A stretch of 64,000 bases of DNA from Flectonema sp. DT1601 (Eukaryota). The stretch spans positions 558,001 to 622,000 of the forward strand of contig OZ025793.1 in assembly GCA_964019425.1 (NCBI GenBank), written 5' to 3'. Both the position numbers and the translations under genes were made by a program. Every line of letters begins with the position of its first letter. The first letter of the stretch is position 1. This document shows positions 19,784-32,583 of the stretch, piece by piece. The notes under the pieces are model-generated. The model was not told the DNA's origin, searched no databases, and saw only the letters and a program-made list of their open reading frames with translations.

Positions 19784-22700
19784 ATGTCACAACTAATACT
19801 CCAACGAATTGCATCGTGTGATAAAGCAGTTGATGCACTCCAGTCTGGAGGAGGTCCTGTGTCAGGATTAGCAGCAGCTGCTGCTAATCAAGTCTCAGCA
19901 CTATTATCACTTAGTGGAGGAGGAGAGATAACGACTTGTCTGAATAGATGTACCAAAGCAATGCTTCAAGTCTGCGGGAAAGCTGCAATGGCTGGAGACG
20001 TCACAACGTATGATGCTGTGAGGGATACTTTACGAATGGTTACTCATGAGATAGTAATAAAAAGACAAAACAATCAATCAGCGACATTTCATCAACTTCT
20101 CGAAGGACTTCAACCAGATTCCGAATACCAAGTCCAAAGAACTGCATTAGAAGTACTCGCAGCAATTGTTCCATACGCTGATGGAAGTTCGAAACCAGAA
20201 CTTCAAAAGTTAATATTATCTCCTCTCTCTGCTGCTATCACTTCTGCTGAGAACATTCATTTAATTCGAATTCTTGCTGATGTTTCTAAGGATCTCGCTC
20301 CGTATCTATTCCCAGGAATGCCCTCTTCACTGTACCAAAAACTATACGATTCCACAACCAAATTACTCTCTCACACTGATGCTCAAGTCTCGAGGTCAGC
20401 AGCAGTATCACTTTCATTGCAAGTTTTCTTTTCCAGGCCTTCATTTATTCCATCTGTTGTGAGTGACTTGGGATCGTCTTTTATTGAATCAAATAATGCT
20501 CTGCACAAATCAGCATGTTCGCTGGCTCTATTTGAAATATTTCGACTTCAGGGAAGTGAAAGTCACGTTCATTACACTGCGCTGATACCTGCTTTGGAGG
20601 TTATAAAAACTTGTTGTGATCGCGCTCTTTCAGATGCCGTAAATGATACTGGACATGGTTTGTGGGGGATTCCACACGCAGTTGCGAGTGTTCTCGACAG
20701 TTTTAGTAAAATGATGAGCGTCTTAGAAGTACAAACCAATCCTCATAAGAAACATGTTAACCAGCTGCTAACTTCTGCAGGATGGCCAACTGCTACAACT
20801 CAAGTCCACGAAATTCAAAAATTTCTAAACACCTGGGAAGGAAAGGGTAAAGAATCCCTTGTTAGTAATTTAGTTCAACATTTAGGATACTTATTGTATG
20901 CAAAAGTATCTGTTGAAGAGGCAGTCATGGAGGAGTGTATCCAGGTATTAATAAACCTTTCATCACATGATGACATATCTGTAAAAGGTGAATCGATAAT
21001 TGCATGTGGTAGAGCAGTATTCGCTGTTGGTTATGAAGGTGGTGTGAAATTACTAAATATTATCGCTGACGCTAATGATAAGACTCAAAGAAGTGATCAA
21101 CGACCATGTACTTATACACAACGAGTGTGTTTACAAGCGTTATCAATATCACTACCTGTTCTTCTATCAGAGTGTGTTGGTGATATTGCAACACAGAGAC
21201 ATTCAGAAAGAGTTTTATTTCAAGTTCTCTGTGATCACGCTGCGGCTCGTGAATTAGATCCCGTATCCTGGAGTGGAGCTTGGACTGTTCCAGTTGAGCT
21301 GCTTCAACTGTTAACTCGTATCCCTTGGAGTCAGATATGTAATAACATCACAATCGAAGCTGCTCTGTGGTTTACTACTGAATTAGCGTACGACTCAGAT
21401 CCACGGATACGAATTAAAGCTGCTGAAGTGTTGTGTATTCTAGCAAAGAAATTACCATCATTCCCGTCGCTCACAGGGTTGTACCCACCTAATCAAAGTA
21501 CGTCTGCTTGGTTGTTAATGCCGTGTGCTTCTTCTATTTCATATAGAGGTCATGACTTAGTCTTATCTACGAAGGTAACAGGTCCGGCAGTAGAGTTAAC
21601 TGATGTGCCTCAGAGATCAGTTTGTACTGGTAAAAGTGTGCTTATATCAAATTTAGGTGTCTTAGTAAAATATTGCGTTGAAAAAATATCCTCTGCGGAG
21701 TCAGCAGTTCGACTTGGAAGAACTAAACTACCCAAGTCGTTGATTGGTTCTTTATCATTGCTTCGTATTATAAGTTCAACTTTTGGTTGTACCAGTCCTG
21801 ACCACACTAGTTTATTAGCACCGTACAGTGACATTGTCATTAGGGGATTGTTGTTGGTCGTGAGAATATTGGTATCGCAACCTTATCCAAGCCTTAAATA
21901 CGTAACAAACGTTATAACGACTACTTGTGGATTCATACCAGGATCAAGCAGTTATTTTAGTAAGGAATTGTATGGTAAAATATTAGTTGACGTAGGACTT
22001 CATTTCTTACTAATATCATCACTGATAACTCACCGTACTATGAACCATATAACTACAGGAAAGGCGGAGGATATAAGAAGAGCTGTTGCTGGTCACTTAG
22101 AAATAGCTGGATTGGATACAAAATTATCATCATATGCGACTGAGGGATTAGTGTTATCACTAGTACAGAGTAAAAGCGTGTCACATAAAAGAGGAGGTGA
22201 TAGAGAAGGTCTTCATGGGTTTGTTGAAGCTTGTATGTCACTAACAACTGTACTTATTGAAGAAGCAACAGATCAGTCTTTAGCAATTAAACTAGTCGAT
22301 TCACTAATGAGAGTTACTTCAGTTTTGAGACCTACTTCACCTGCAGCGGTCATTAGATTATTAAGGGCTATGTTTAGAGCTTGTTATGGTCATCCGAACA
22401 TCACAAGGTATCCAAATTTATCACCTGATCCACTACCTCCTGCTGGAACATTAAAAAGGGCTCGGAGATTGAAATCGGGGAGTTCGCCACCAGAGCTTTC
22501 AACATTTTTAAATCCGATATTGCAATCTTTACGTCAATTGTTTGCATCGCTTGAACCAGGTGTTCCTGACGCGGTGTTGAGATTGTTGTATTCTTTGTGT
22601 GCAATTGGTGTTAATTTTGTTAGACTTGATCCACAACACGAACTCTTGAAAAAATTATGTTCTATATCAACATCACATACATCAGGTTTTTATGGTTGTG

Positions 22701-25700
22701 ATGAAGAACCCGGAATGCATCCTGTAATCCGCTACCCAAGTCCGTTTCTTAGATCACTCAACCATACTTTAGTGATAGTTGCTCTTCGTAAGTCTGAGAC
22801 TCGTGATTATGTCAACACCGAAGAGCTTTATAAAACTATCTTGTCGAGAGCTCAAGCTGCTCACATGCCAAAGTTATTAGACGCTGCATTACCGCTGGTT
22901 CCTTACTTAGACCCGAATACTATAATGGATATTGATATTAATAGTTGTTGTGGTTGTTCTCATTTACTAATATTAAACAAATTGATTAAATCAACAGTTG
23001 AAAAACTCGGTAAAGACTCTGACGAAGTTACGAGTGTCTCACTACAAGGATTACAACTAATAACAAAACTTTGTACTAATGATTGGCCTGGTGCTGATGC
23101 TCATCCGCAAACAGCAAACATCCTATGTCAGACCTGCGGTCTCATTTCAGACAACTGCGGTGATAGTGTTTCAGTTCTACAAACCGTATCACTACTTTTA
23201 TCATCAAAAACCATTTTAGGTACTTGTGCTGCTTTACGATTAAATCAAACAACTTCTATATTATCAACCGAAACAAATCTTTTTAATAACAAAGATTATT
23301 GTGATTCAGAGCAATCTGACAGTAAGGAAATGACTGATATTCCGCAACTGAGAAGTGAAGAAACTCACCAGTTGGATGAAAACGATTGCAAAGATCTGTC
23401 AGATGATAATACCGATTCAGGAACGGTTTTTGAAAAATCTATTCTCAACCTGAATAATTATTTGTGTAACGTAACACACAGACATATTGATGTTCAGTGG
23501 GAAGGTGCTGAAAAAGTTTTAAAAACTCTCTCTGAGCAAACAACCACCTGGATTATCCCCAAAGACTTGTATAAAAGTTTTATCGAACATCTGCAAAACA
23601 AATTCATCCCAATGAAAGTAGTAACCGAGATATTATGTTTTATAAAAAATTGTGAAGTTGAAACTGGTGATGAAGACGCAGCTGTATTTTTGACCGACGG
23701 GTTAAAAAATGTCGTTGGAAGGGATGGAACTAGATCATCTTGTTTGCTTGAAGCAGTTATGAAAATAGTACTGAAATCGAAGAGTAGCAGGCTATGGTCA
23801 TTAATCCTATCTTGTTACGGTGTTTATTATTCTCTATTTGTTGGGGGGTCCTTTGCAGATGCAATTTTTCCAACTTTTCAAAAATGTATTAACAAATGTA
23901 GCAAAGTAGGACTTCACGCAGTTACTGCTGCATTGTCTAATGTTGAGAACAGACTACGGGAGACTGACATTGTGAGATTCAAACAATTCTCATTTTGGTT
24001 ACTTGGGAAACAATCAACAGAAACAATCACCAATAGTGATTCAAGTAAAGAATACAATATAGAACATGAATTGTGTTCTGATTACTCCTCCATTTCACAA
24101 TTGCATGTCGGAATATCGCTAATCACTAGCACTGGTATACAAAGCAACAGCACGTACCTAACGGAATTACTTGAAAAAACTTCAGGCAAGGCCAACCCAA
24201 GAATTCTTTTGGGAATCTCATCCGCGATTACTAGCAGCGTGAAGTATTATTCAGCAGATTTACAAAGGGTTTTTACTGCTATGTTTGCGGTGCTTGAGAC
24301 ACAGCTTGAGAGATACGTGATCTCTGAGTCATCTTCTGAGGCAGTGCTAAACTTAAAGGAAGCAGTCACATGCTTATGTATATTTATAAGAGATCACCTA
24401 CATAGTACGACTATGGCTAAGGATGTTCAGAAGGTGTTGCAGTTGTTGTTGATATCGTTTTCAATTATTTATGATCATCACGTTCGTACTGATGACTACC
24501 TCCATCGATGGGAAGCATCTGTAGAATTGTTGTCAATATATGCCTTGGCGTATTCAATTGAGTCTCAAGAAATAAATTGTGATCTTCTTCATACTTCAGT
24601 TGGTTGTAAAGCAGAATCAGCTTTTCTCTGGTCGAGTACCCTCCGTCAAGTAAATCAACACATAGATCAGCAATCACCTGCTGAAGTTCTCTGTGCTGTT
24701 CTTCCTCTAGAAGTTGCTTGGAGAGTTTTTGTTACCCGCAGTGCTCACTTCTTTGTTTCTTGTTATGGCATCGGATTCGTTTACGACAAAGAAGCAGCCC
24801 TCCCAAGCACTGACATATTCAATAACATCCTCGATATTTGTGCAAAACTCCTCACGAGAGTCGCAGATAAGCAGAAACACACATTCTCTGTTGGTATGTT
24901 TATTTGTTTTGTTTGAAAATCTATTTTCCCCTAAAATGTTAGTACAACAAGTAAATAAACAACAGGAGTAGGATGGGAGATTATGAAAGCAGCCCCTTCT
25001 TGTGTTTTTAACGATGCTCTGCAAGAATTAGAAATGTCTATAACTGAAGTTTGTGACAGCAGTGGAGCGAATGGAGGAGGACTACTACGAAGGGCAGTAG
25101 AGAAGGTACAAATATTAATGGCTGGATGTGGATGTCCTCAGCCGTGGGATCAGAAAATATCAAAGATTGTATCTCAATTATTCACAGAGGTATCTGACGT
25201 TCCGTTAGCGATGAAGTTGAGTGTTTCACTAGTACAACTGATTGCTTCAAGACAAGGTGTTCATTATAGACTCTCACCAGAACCTCACGGTAGTCTGACT
25301 GATATGCCAAACTGTTTATCACAAATAGTATCTTCTGTTTTAATAATTCCACCCTCTGAAGCCAGTGGAAGATCTGGATGGTGGCAAGCATCTTGTCATA
25401 AAAGATCACATCATTGGCCAAGACAACTCCCTTCACCAGGAAGTCATATTATGAAGCTCAGCTCAGGAGGAGGTGAAGTTTTAAAATCTGTTTTGAAAGC
25501 AGTTCAGACATTATCAAAACCTGATAAGTTATCAACAGAATGTACTTATTCGATCCTAACTGAACTTTGTATAATGGTAGTCCATTGCACTCCACTGTTT
25601 AAAGTAGGATTCTCACCAGGACTACCTCAAATTAACAGCGCTGTGGTATCATTTCTTGATAAAGTAAAGGAATTTGTTCCTGTAAAGATAGCAGCTTCAG

Positions 25701-27174
25701 CCTCAACAAACCTAATATACACGGATCCTGTACTCTGTGAGTTGACGGCGTTGATGTTAACCGTAACTCAATATAAAGATTTACCTTTAATTATATCGAA
25801 TATTGATCAAAACTGTTCAGAGTATGCGAGAGCAGTAGTACCTCTTTGTGTGATGTTGGCTGCTCAGATGCGACGGGTAGAAAATGGAAATAAATCGCAA
25901 CTCGAAAAGGTTATACCCCAAATTGTTACGAGAACTCATCAACGAGTAATGGACTTGGGATCTAGAGGTGAGAATTTAGGATGTGAACACAAATTTATGA
26001 CTAACTGTGCTATGATAAGCACATGTGTCGAAGTCGCACCTGCAGACTGTGAAGCCGCGAAGTTTACCAGAAAGTCTTGGGAAGCTTTTTGGGAATTAAT
26101 ATCTGCTTCAGACGCTAAGGCTGGTATTAGTGGTGGGTTATCAGTTCTCTCTAGTATGAGAATGTGTGCTTTCTTTTGTGATTTGTATACAATGTTGCTA
26201 CACTTTTCAATGTCTCATCCCCAACGTGAAGCTATCGTTCTACTCAGTTGTGTTGATGCTCCGTCTCCTCGGAATAAAGAAATGAAACAAGGAAAGCCTC
26301 CCCCAAACAGATCATGCAATACTTTGTATGGAGCTACATCATCTGATGTGTTAAAGTTAGGTATTTTATATTGTGGATTGTTTCCAACTCTAAAACCCGT
26401 TACTAGTGATGAAGGAGGTGATGTCAAAGGAGAGCTATCACAAGCACAGATCTTATCACTACTCGAGTCTCTTCGTATCTCACAATATCCTTTAAGACAA
26501 TGTCAAGCAATCATTCCTGTTATTACGTCATTAACATCAAAAGGACTTCATTGGCAACATGCAATGCCTTTACTCCTTCAAGAAGTACTACTTCAGGATT
26601 CTATTATGTCTGATGTCCTTCCTGGACTTGCTCCAGTTGTGTTGGCTTCTTACTTAAAGTCATCATCACAAGAAGGATCCGTAGACAGTTCTTGGGTATG
26701 GATTCAAGCTTTATTAGATTCTACTAAAAAACATCCTCCGTCAAGACGAACATATGATTTGGGTATCTTGTTCTTATCCGTTTGTAAAGTTAAGGGTGTT
26801 GTTGAGGCATCAGTCTTGCTGGGTGTTCTCGCTGAAGGTATGTAATTTTCTATTAGTACTAAATTCATTGAAAAAAAACCAAAAAAAAAAATAAAAACAG
26901 CATATAAAGCCCTGTGTTGTATTGATTCCCCTCCAGCTCTTTCGGTTTTCAAATCGGTAATAGTAAGAGCATGTGTGATGTTCAAGGAGATTTATAATGA
27001 AGACAGTATATCTGATGATGAGTGGTCTCTGACTCTCAAGTATGTTATTCTAAACTTCTGTACTTCACACATTCATACTAATCAACCAAATCTATCTATT
27101 TACACAACCACAGATCAGTTCTTGAGGGTTATGTGGAGCCTTGGCTAACTATCTTATCAAAGCATTTGTTGTAG
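19784..27174 (+). CDS. Huntingtin-like HEAT-repeat protein (~2393 aa); exons 19784-24893, 24966-26837, 26901-27039, 27114-27174
   Basis: Introns 24894-24965, 26838-26900 and 27040-27113 (all GTATGT..CAG) keep the frame. Ordered motifs resemble HTT: [77 protein letters not shown]. Confidence 0.75.
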
Positions 27175-27441
27175 AATTCGCTTTCAAAAAAACAAAACGA
27201 TAGAATTAAACGAGATTCGTGTCGTGTCGGTTTACTAAAATGGATTTATAAAAAAAAAAATCACGACTGACACGCCTCTTAGAATTATCTTGATATTTGT
27301 CTAACTTATTATGTGTGTGAACTATGTCATTTGAGTGAAGTTACCTTTTAATTTACATAACAGGAACGCTTTATAAATACAACGTGTTGTCTCACATATA
27401 AATAACTTATTATTCTTAAAAAACAGTAATAATATGTCAAT

Positions 27442-30400
27442 ATGACCAACGAGAGTAAACCATTCTGCTTCCTGTCACTGGGTGAGGATGAAGGGAGGTT
27501 TAGAGTTATTCAGAAACAACGACCAGATGAAATGGTAGAAGTAGAACATCCAGAAAGCGGCAGACTACTACTCGTCGACGGTGTTTTTAGAGGAGCTGAC
27601 GAAGAAGAGTTATTCAATATTAGTTTAATGCCAATGTGTGTCAGAGTCCTTCAGCAAACCAGCAGTACCTGCAGCTACATCTCTGTTGGAGGTGTAGGAC
27701 CTCAATTACTAAGTAACGAGTCTACATGTGTTCATGCTTTGCAGTATCTGATTGGTGCTGCTCCTGGAAATGTTCGGGTTAGCTTTCACTGCTTCTTATC
27801 AAATCCAAAGAAACCAACAGACCTGCTGGCTAATGTTCAACAACAAGTTCCTGACTCACTACGATGGACTAATGAACTTGGATTAGATCACAATGCTCAG
27901 TATTTAATTAGTTCATCATTAGGATCAACATTAAAGACTCTTCGAACTGTAACTGCATCCCCTGCCATGAGAGATTTACTCCCTCGATTATCATTTGTAT
28001 TAACAATCGCTATTAGAGGTAGCAATCAGTCTTCTCCTCCAAGTATATTGAGGTTTGTTGAGCTTAGGACTGAAGCAGCACCTCTCATACTTAATGCCTT
28101 GTCATGGCAACGAGGTATCACATCAATAACAGATGTATCTGAGCAACAGGAAAATATCTTAATGAAATCATTAATAACATGTCAACCTTGTGATACAGTT
28201 ATTGTTACTAACGTACAACACTCTGATGACAGTGCATTGATTGCGTCGCTACTGTCATCAGCTAAAGTAGGATCTGAAACATTGCAGAGGATGGATGTCA
28301 GGTCGAAAAAGTTTGATAAATCGCCTTCGAAAATGTCGGTTTCGCAAACTGACTGGAGTCATGGAGGACAAGTCCAACAACCACCTGTTTTCGTATTACA
28401 TAAGCAGCAACACCAACACCAACATCAACATCAACAGCAGGTTGACTTACAAGATTCTCAGCACCTTAGTGCAGCCCGCAGTAGTGCTGGAACAGGAAAC
28501 GTCCAAGTTGACGTACATCTACATCTCCCAGATGACTTATCATCAAATACTAATCAAAGTGAAGACCGCAAGGCCAGATCACAATCCACTGCAGCTACAG
28601 AAACACCTCTCCCAACACAATCAATTAGAAAGCCTTCTTTGATATCTCCAACTCACAGTACACCTTCTACAGCAATGAGAATTGTATTAAGTGAGAAAGA
28701 CACTCAAACACCGCGTGTTATTGATGATGAGATCGCTAATGAATTGCAAGCTAATCAGGAGAAGAATACAAAATTAGAAGAAAAGATTAAAGAAATTGAA
28801 AACAGAATGCGATTATCAGAATCTCTGAACTACGAGTATGAAGCTGAGATGGCTAAGCATAGATCTGATTTAATGAAATCTCACAATGAGTTATCGATAT
28901 TAAGAGTAGCAGGTGTTGAACATGGAGGTAGAATTCAAGAATTACAAAAACTATTAGCTGAGTCAAGATGTAGAGAGTCTGACATGGAACAAGAACACTC
29001 TGATGGTCAACAACATTTTCTTATTCTTCAGTCGCAGTACGACTCTCTCTATTCTGAACATAAATCTGATAGTTTTGAGTCGTTATCGTTGCAATACGAG
29101 GTCCGTTCTTGCGAAATTCAAAACAGGCATTCCACATCCCTGCTTCTCATCCTCAGACAGTATTTGACCGAACATCATACTCTCGTTCAAAAGAAGGCTG
29201 CTGAGAAACAAAATAATTTCATGTCAAGTAATCAAAGAGAGACGTCAGATCTCGAAGAACAACTCGAAAGGGTAACTCGCGATTTAAAATTCCAAGTTGC
29301 GAAATTAAACACCACTGAACAAGATACTGATGCTCAAATACAAAATTTTCAAAGTAAAATATCATTATTAGAAACAGAGAGGGATGCAAAAGTTAAATCA
29401 TCTGACAAACACTTCGAAGACTATAAAGTCCTGTCTGATAAATACGAGTTAGTCAATGACAGACAACAAGCAACTGAATCAACAATAATATCATTAGAGA
29501 AAAGGTGTTTTACTGCTGAGGGACAAGTCGATGTTCTAAAGGCTGAACGTGCTTCTCACACTACTGCTATCACGTCGTTAGAAAAAGAAATTGCGTCGCT
29601 GCAATCAGAGCTTCGGATTTCTGGAGCAGCTGCTGACCGCGACAAAGCAGACTTTTTACAGCGAACAAATGAGTTGGAAAACGACATCGCATCTCTCAAA
29701 GAAACCAACGCCGAACTGGACGCCAAAACTGTTGATCATCAGGCTAGGAATTCTACCCTAGAAAAACAAGTTGTGGATTTGGAAGCAGAAATACAAACAC
29801 AAAAGTCAGACCATCACAGCGAAACAGCCTCTGAAGCAAGCAGCAAAGGCGACACTAACCAACACATCCTAAAATTAGAAAATGAAATTGAAACACGAGA
29901 CACTGTCATTAATAATTTGAAGGCAAACCTTGCCAAGGCCACTAAAGCGAAAACAGAAGCAGAAAGAAGAGAGAGACTAACAAGGAGGGATAGTGTACCG
30001 TCTTCATCTCCGTCAGGTTCATCAATGATAGGAGGAGGTGATAGTAATAAGGAAAAAGAATTTACTGATGAGATTCAGAGATTGAAATCAGAATTGCATT
30101 CACTTCATCATCGTCAATCTCTGACAGCAGAAGACACAGCTGAAGACAAACGAACGTTATCAGTTGCACTGTCTGATGCTCGTTCTGAAATTGGTCATCT
30201 TCAGTCGACTTTGCGTACAGCGGAACGAGAGGTCTCAACAGTTAGAACAGAAGCGACAGCTCTACAAAATGAATATCAGCAATCTGTTGAACATTATGAG
30301 CAGTCAATTCAATTGGTTAACGAACAGTGGAAACAACGAGAGACTTCCTGGGCACAGCGACATCAGCTACTCGACTCTCAGATTCAACAATCAAGTGAAA

Positions 30401-31227
30401 TGCTACGATTCTCTGACTCTGAGAAACAAACACTTGAAACTCGTATTCATGAAGCAGAAGTTATTCTAACTGAGAGAACAACTGATGAGAAGTTAGTCCT
30501 ATCTCTTCGATCACAAGTAAATGATCTACAGAAAGAATTAGAAGAAAGTCGTCATCACAACGCTTCCCTACTTGAGAGTGAACGAAGTGACAGAAGTCCA
30601 GTTAAAGGATCAGCTCGTCAGATTAAACAAATTCAGGAAGAAGCAAAGCGAAGAGAAGAACTCTTACTCGGACAGATCAGATCGTTAGTTTCATCAAATG
30701 ATCAGCCATCGTCTAAAGCTTTATCACCTCCTCTTATTAGAAGTAAGAGTCCCAAAGGATCAAAGACAAACACAAACATGGCTCGCAATTGGTCAGAATA
30801 TACTCGCAGTATCATTCAATCACCTGCTGCTGTTAGTCCTTCGTCAGGAGAAGATGAAGACTCTGCTGAAGACGAGGCTGCTATTCTAAAAGCACAACTC
30901 GCAGCTGTGGAGGCACAAAATGCTTCGCTTCGAAAACTAAAGAAAGAACGCGAAAAGGAACGCACATCCAAGACAGGCACTCCAGGTAGAGGTCAATCTC
31001 CTCTTCGAGCTGGTTCAGGCACCCGACGACTTACATCACCTCAGAGGCAATATGCAGCTGACAGAGCCAAGTCTCGCCCTGGTGTCCGAAGCCCAAATAG
31101 TGAAAGGAAGAACAAGGAGGATATTCGAAACAAACTAGCCAGCCTAACAGGTCAGATAAAAGAAGGAAAATTCAACCGAAGTAAAGTTGATACTCAGTTA
31201 AGTGAGCTACTGAAAGCAATCGAGTAG
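27442..31227 (+). CDS. Degenerate kinesin-motor-like N-terminus plus long coiled coil and basic tail (1261 aa)
   Basis: Order of elements resembles kinesin (VDGVF..EEELF, VRVSFHCF, SILRFVEL, TVIVTNV) without an intact P-loop or switch motifs; heptad-rich region from about aa 430 to 1080. Confidence 0.6.
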   Translation: MTNESKPFCFLSLGEDEGRFRVIQKQRPDEMVEVEHPESGRLLLVDGVFRGADEEELFNISLMPMCVRVLQQTSSTCSYISVGGVGPQLLSNESTCVHALQYLIGAAPGNVRVSFHCFLSNPKKPTDLLANVQQQVPDSLRWTNELGLDHNAQYLISSSLGSTLKTLRTVTASPAMRDLLPRLSFVLTIAIRGSNQSSPPSILRFVELRTEAAPLILNALSWQRGITSITDVSEQQENILMKSLITCQPCDTVIVTNVQHSDDSALIASLLSSAKVGSETLQRMDVRSKKFDKSPSKMSVSQTDWSHGGQVQQPPVFVLHKQQHQHQHQHQQQVDLQDSQHLSAARSSAGTGNVQVDVHLHLPDDLSSNTNQSEDRKARSQSTAATETPLPTQSIRKPSLISPTHSTPSTAMRIVLSEKDTQTPRVIDDEIANELQANQEKNTKLEEKIKEIENRMRLSESLNYEYEAEMAKHRSDLMKSHNELSILRVAGVEHGGRIQELQKLLAESRCRESDMEQEHSDGQQHFLILQSQYDSLYSEHKSDSFESLSLQYEVRSCEIQNRHSTSLLLILRQYLTEHHTLVQKKAAEKQNNFMSSNQRETSDLEEQLERVTRDLKFQVAKLNTTEQDTDAQIQNFQSKISLLETERDAKVKSSDKHFEDYKVLSDKYELVNDRQQATESTIISLEKRCFTAEGQVDVLKAERASHTTAITSLEKEIASLQSELRISGAAADRDKADFLQRTNELENDIASLKETNAELDAKTVDHQARNSTLEKQVVDLEAEIQTQKSDHHSETASEASSKGDTNQHILKLENEIETRDTVINNLKANLAKATKAKTEAERRERLTRRDSVPSSSPSGSSMIGGGDSNKEKEFTDEIQRLKSELHSLHHRQSLTAEDTAEDKRTLSVALSDARSEIGHLQSTLRTAEREVSTVRTEATALQNEYQQSVEHYEQSIQLVNEQWKQRETSWAQRHQLLDSQIQQSSEMLRFSDSEKQTLETRIHEAEVILTERTTDEKLVLSLRSQVNDLQKELEESRHHNASLLESERSDRSPVKGSARQIKQIQEEAKRREELLLGQIRSLVSSNDQPSSKALSPPLIRSKSPKGSKTNTNMARNWSEYTRSIIQSPAAVSPSSGEDEDSAEDEAAILKAQLAAVEAQNASLRKLKKEREKERTSKTGTPGRGQSPLRAGSGTRRLTSPQRQYAADRAKSRPGVRSPNSERKNKEDIRNKLASLTGQIKEGKFNRSKVDTQLSELLKAIE

Positions 31228-31431
31228 ACAACTCCAACAATGTCTTTTCAGGGATGTGCATCACCACCTTTCTTACAGTAATATAGAATTTAATTAGAGT
31301 TTATTTTTGTAGATATTTTACTTTAAAATCTTTTGTCATTGTTTCCATACAATATCTCTTCCTCCTAGACAAGTAGTATCAATATGAGCAGTTGGGGTAA
31401 TATCTGAGAACCTCTTCAGGGTTTATTTGAT

Positions 31432-31535
31432 GGGGAGTACATTCGCAAGGCTGAAACTTAAAGCAATTAACTATGACACTACCAGGCGTGGAGTATGCGG
31501 CTTAATTTGACTCAACACTGGGAATCTTACTAGGT
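31432..31535 (+). pseudogene. Degenerate 18S (SSU) rRNA fragment
   Basis: GGGGAGTAC..CGCAAGGCTGAAACTTAAAG.AATT..CCAGGCGTGGAGTATGCGGCTTAATTTGACTCAACAC.GGGAATCTTAC.AGG matches the universal SSU core with substitutions and a deletion. Confidence 0.9.
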
Positions 31536-31620
31536 TAAGTGACATGTGCTCCCTTTTGTATAATGTAAGCTCGGTATTAATTTATCTTCATAACAGAACT
31601 CCTCTTTCAAGACAAATAAA

Positions 31621-32583
31621 ATGAAGACCGCCGCCGCCCTCGCTCTCATCGCGTCCGCTTCATCCCTTCCGTTGGACTACATCAACAACAATGAAGCACT
31701 TCTTTGGAAGAACTTCAAGGAGTCATACAACAAGAAGTACAGCGGAGTTGATGAACCAAAGAGAAGAACTATCTTCATGGAGAACATGAGAAAGGGATCT
31801 TCATTGGAGAAGTCGAACCCTGGATGTGAATTTGGAATGAACATCTACACTGACTTGTCGAGTGAGGAATTCAAAGTTTACCACAACCTGAACATGCCTG
31901 TCGAGGAGAGCCCTGCTCGTAAGTACACTGCGGCTGATGTTGAGGCCAACGTCGATGCGGTGGACTGGAGAACCAAGGGAGCAGTGACCCAGGTGAAGAA
32001 CCAGGCACAGTGTGGATCTTGTTGGTCGTTCTCGACTACCGGAGGTATCGAAGGACAGTGGAAACTTGCAGGTCACGACCTCGTTTCACTGTCTGAGCAG
32101 GAGTTGGTATCATGTGACAAGACTGATGCTGGATGTGGAGGAGGATGGCAATACCAAGCCATGCAGTGGTTACTCGACAACCACAGTGGTGGTATTGTTA
32201 CTGAGGAAGAGTACCCATACACCTCTGGAGGGGGAAGTGTTGCGGCGTGCAAGGACGTTTCTTCGATGAAGGTCGGAGCCACGATCAAGGGATACAAGAA
32301 GCTCGCTCACAGTGAGGACGAGATGGCTGTTTTCGTTGGTAAGAATGGACCTCTGTCGATTGCCCTTGACGCGAGCTCGTTCCAGACCTACACTGGAGGA
32401 ATCCTGTCCAACTGTGATGGAAAGACCCTCGACCACGCTGTCTTGATTGTTGGATATGCTCCAGGATACTGGATCGTAAAGAACTCTTGGGGAGCAAACT
32501 GGGGAGAGAGTGGATACATCAGAATCGCTAGAGGAAGCAACCAGTGTGGACTTGACCTCGCCCCAGTTACTTCAGAAATCTAA
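31621..32583 (+). CDS. Cathepsin L-like papain protease (C1A), copy 1
   Basis: Signal peptide, ERFNIN/GNFD-like propeptide, QCGSCWSF, LDHAVLIVGY, WIVKNSWG. Confidence 0.97.
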   Translation: MKTAAALALIASASSLPLDYINNNEALLWKNFKESYNKKYSGVDEPKRRTIFMENMRKGSSLEKSNPGCEFGMNIYTDLSSEEFKVYHNLNMPVEESPARKYTAADVEANVDAVDWRTKGAVTQVKNQAQCGSCWSFSTTGGIEGQWKLAGHDLVSLSEQELVSCDKTDAGCGGGWQYQAMQWLLDNHSGGIVTEEEYPYTSGGGSVAACKDVSSMKVGATIKGYKKLAHSEDEMAVFVGKNGPLSIALDASSFQTYTGGILSNCDGKTLDHAVLIVGYAPGYWIVKNSWGANWGESGYIRIARGSNQCGLDLAPVTSEI

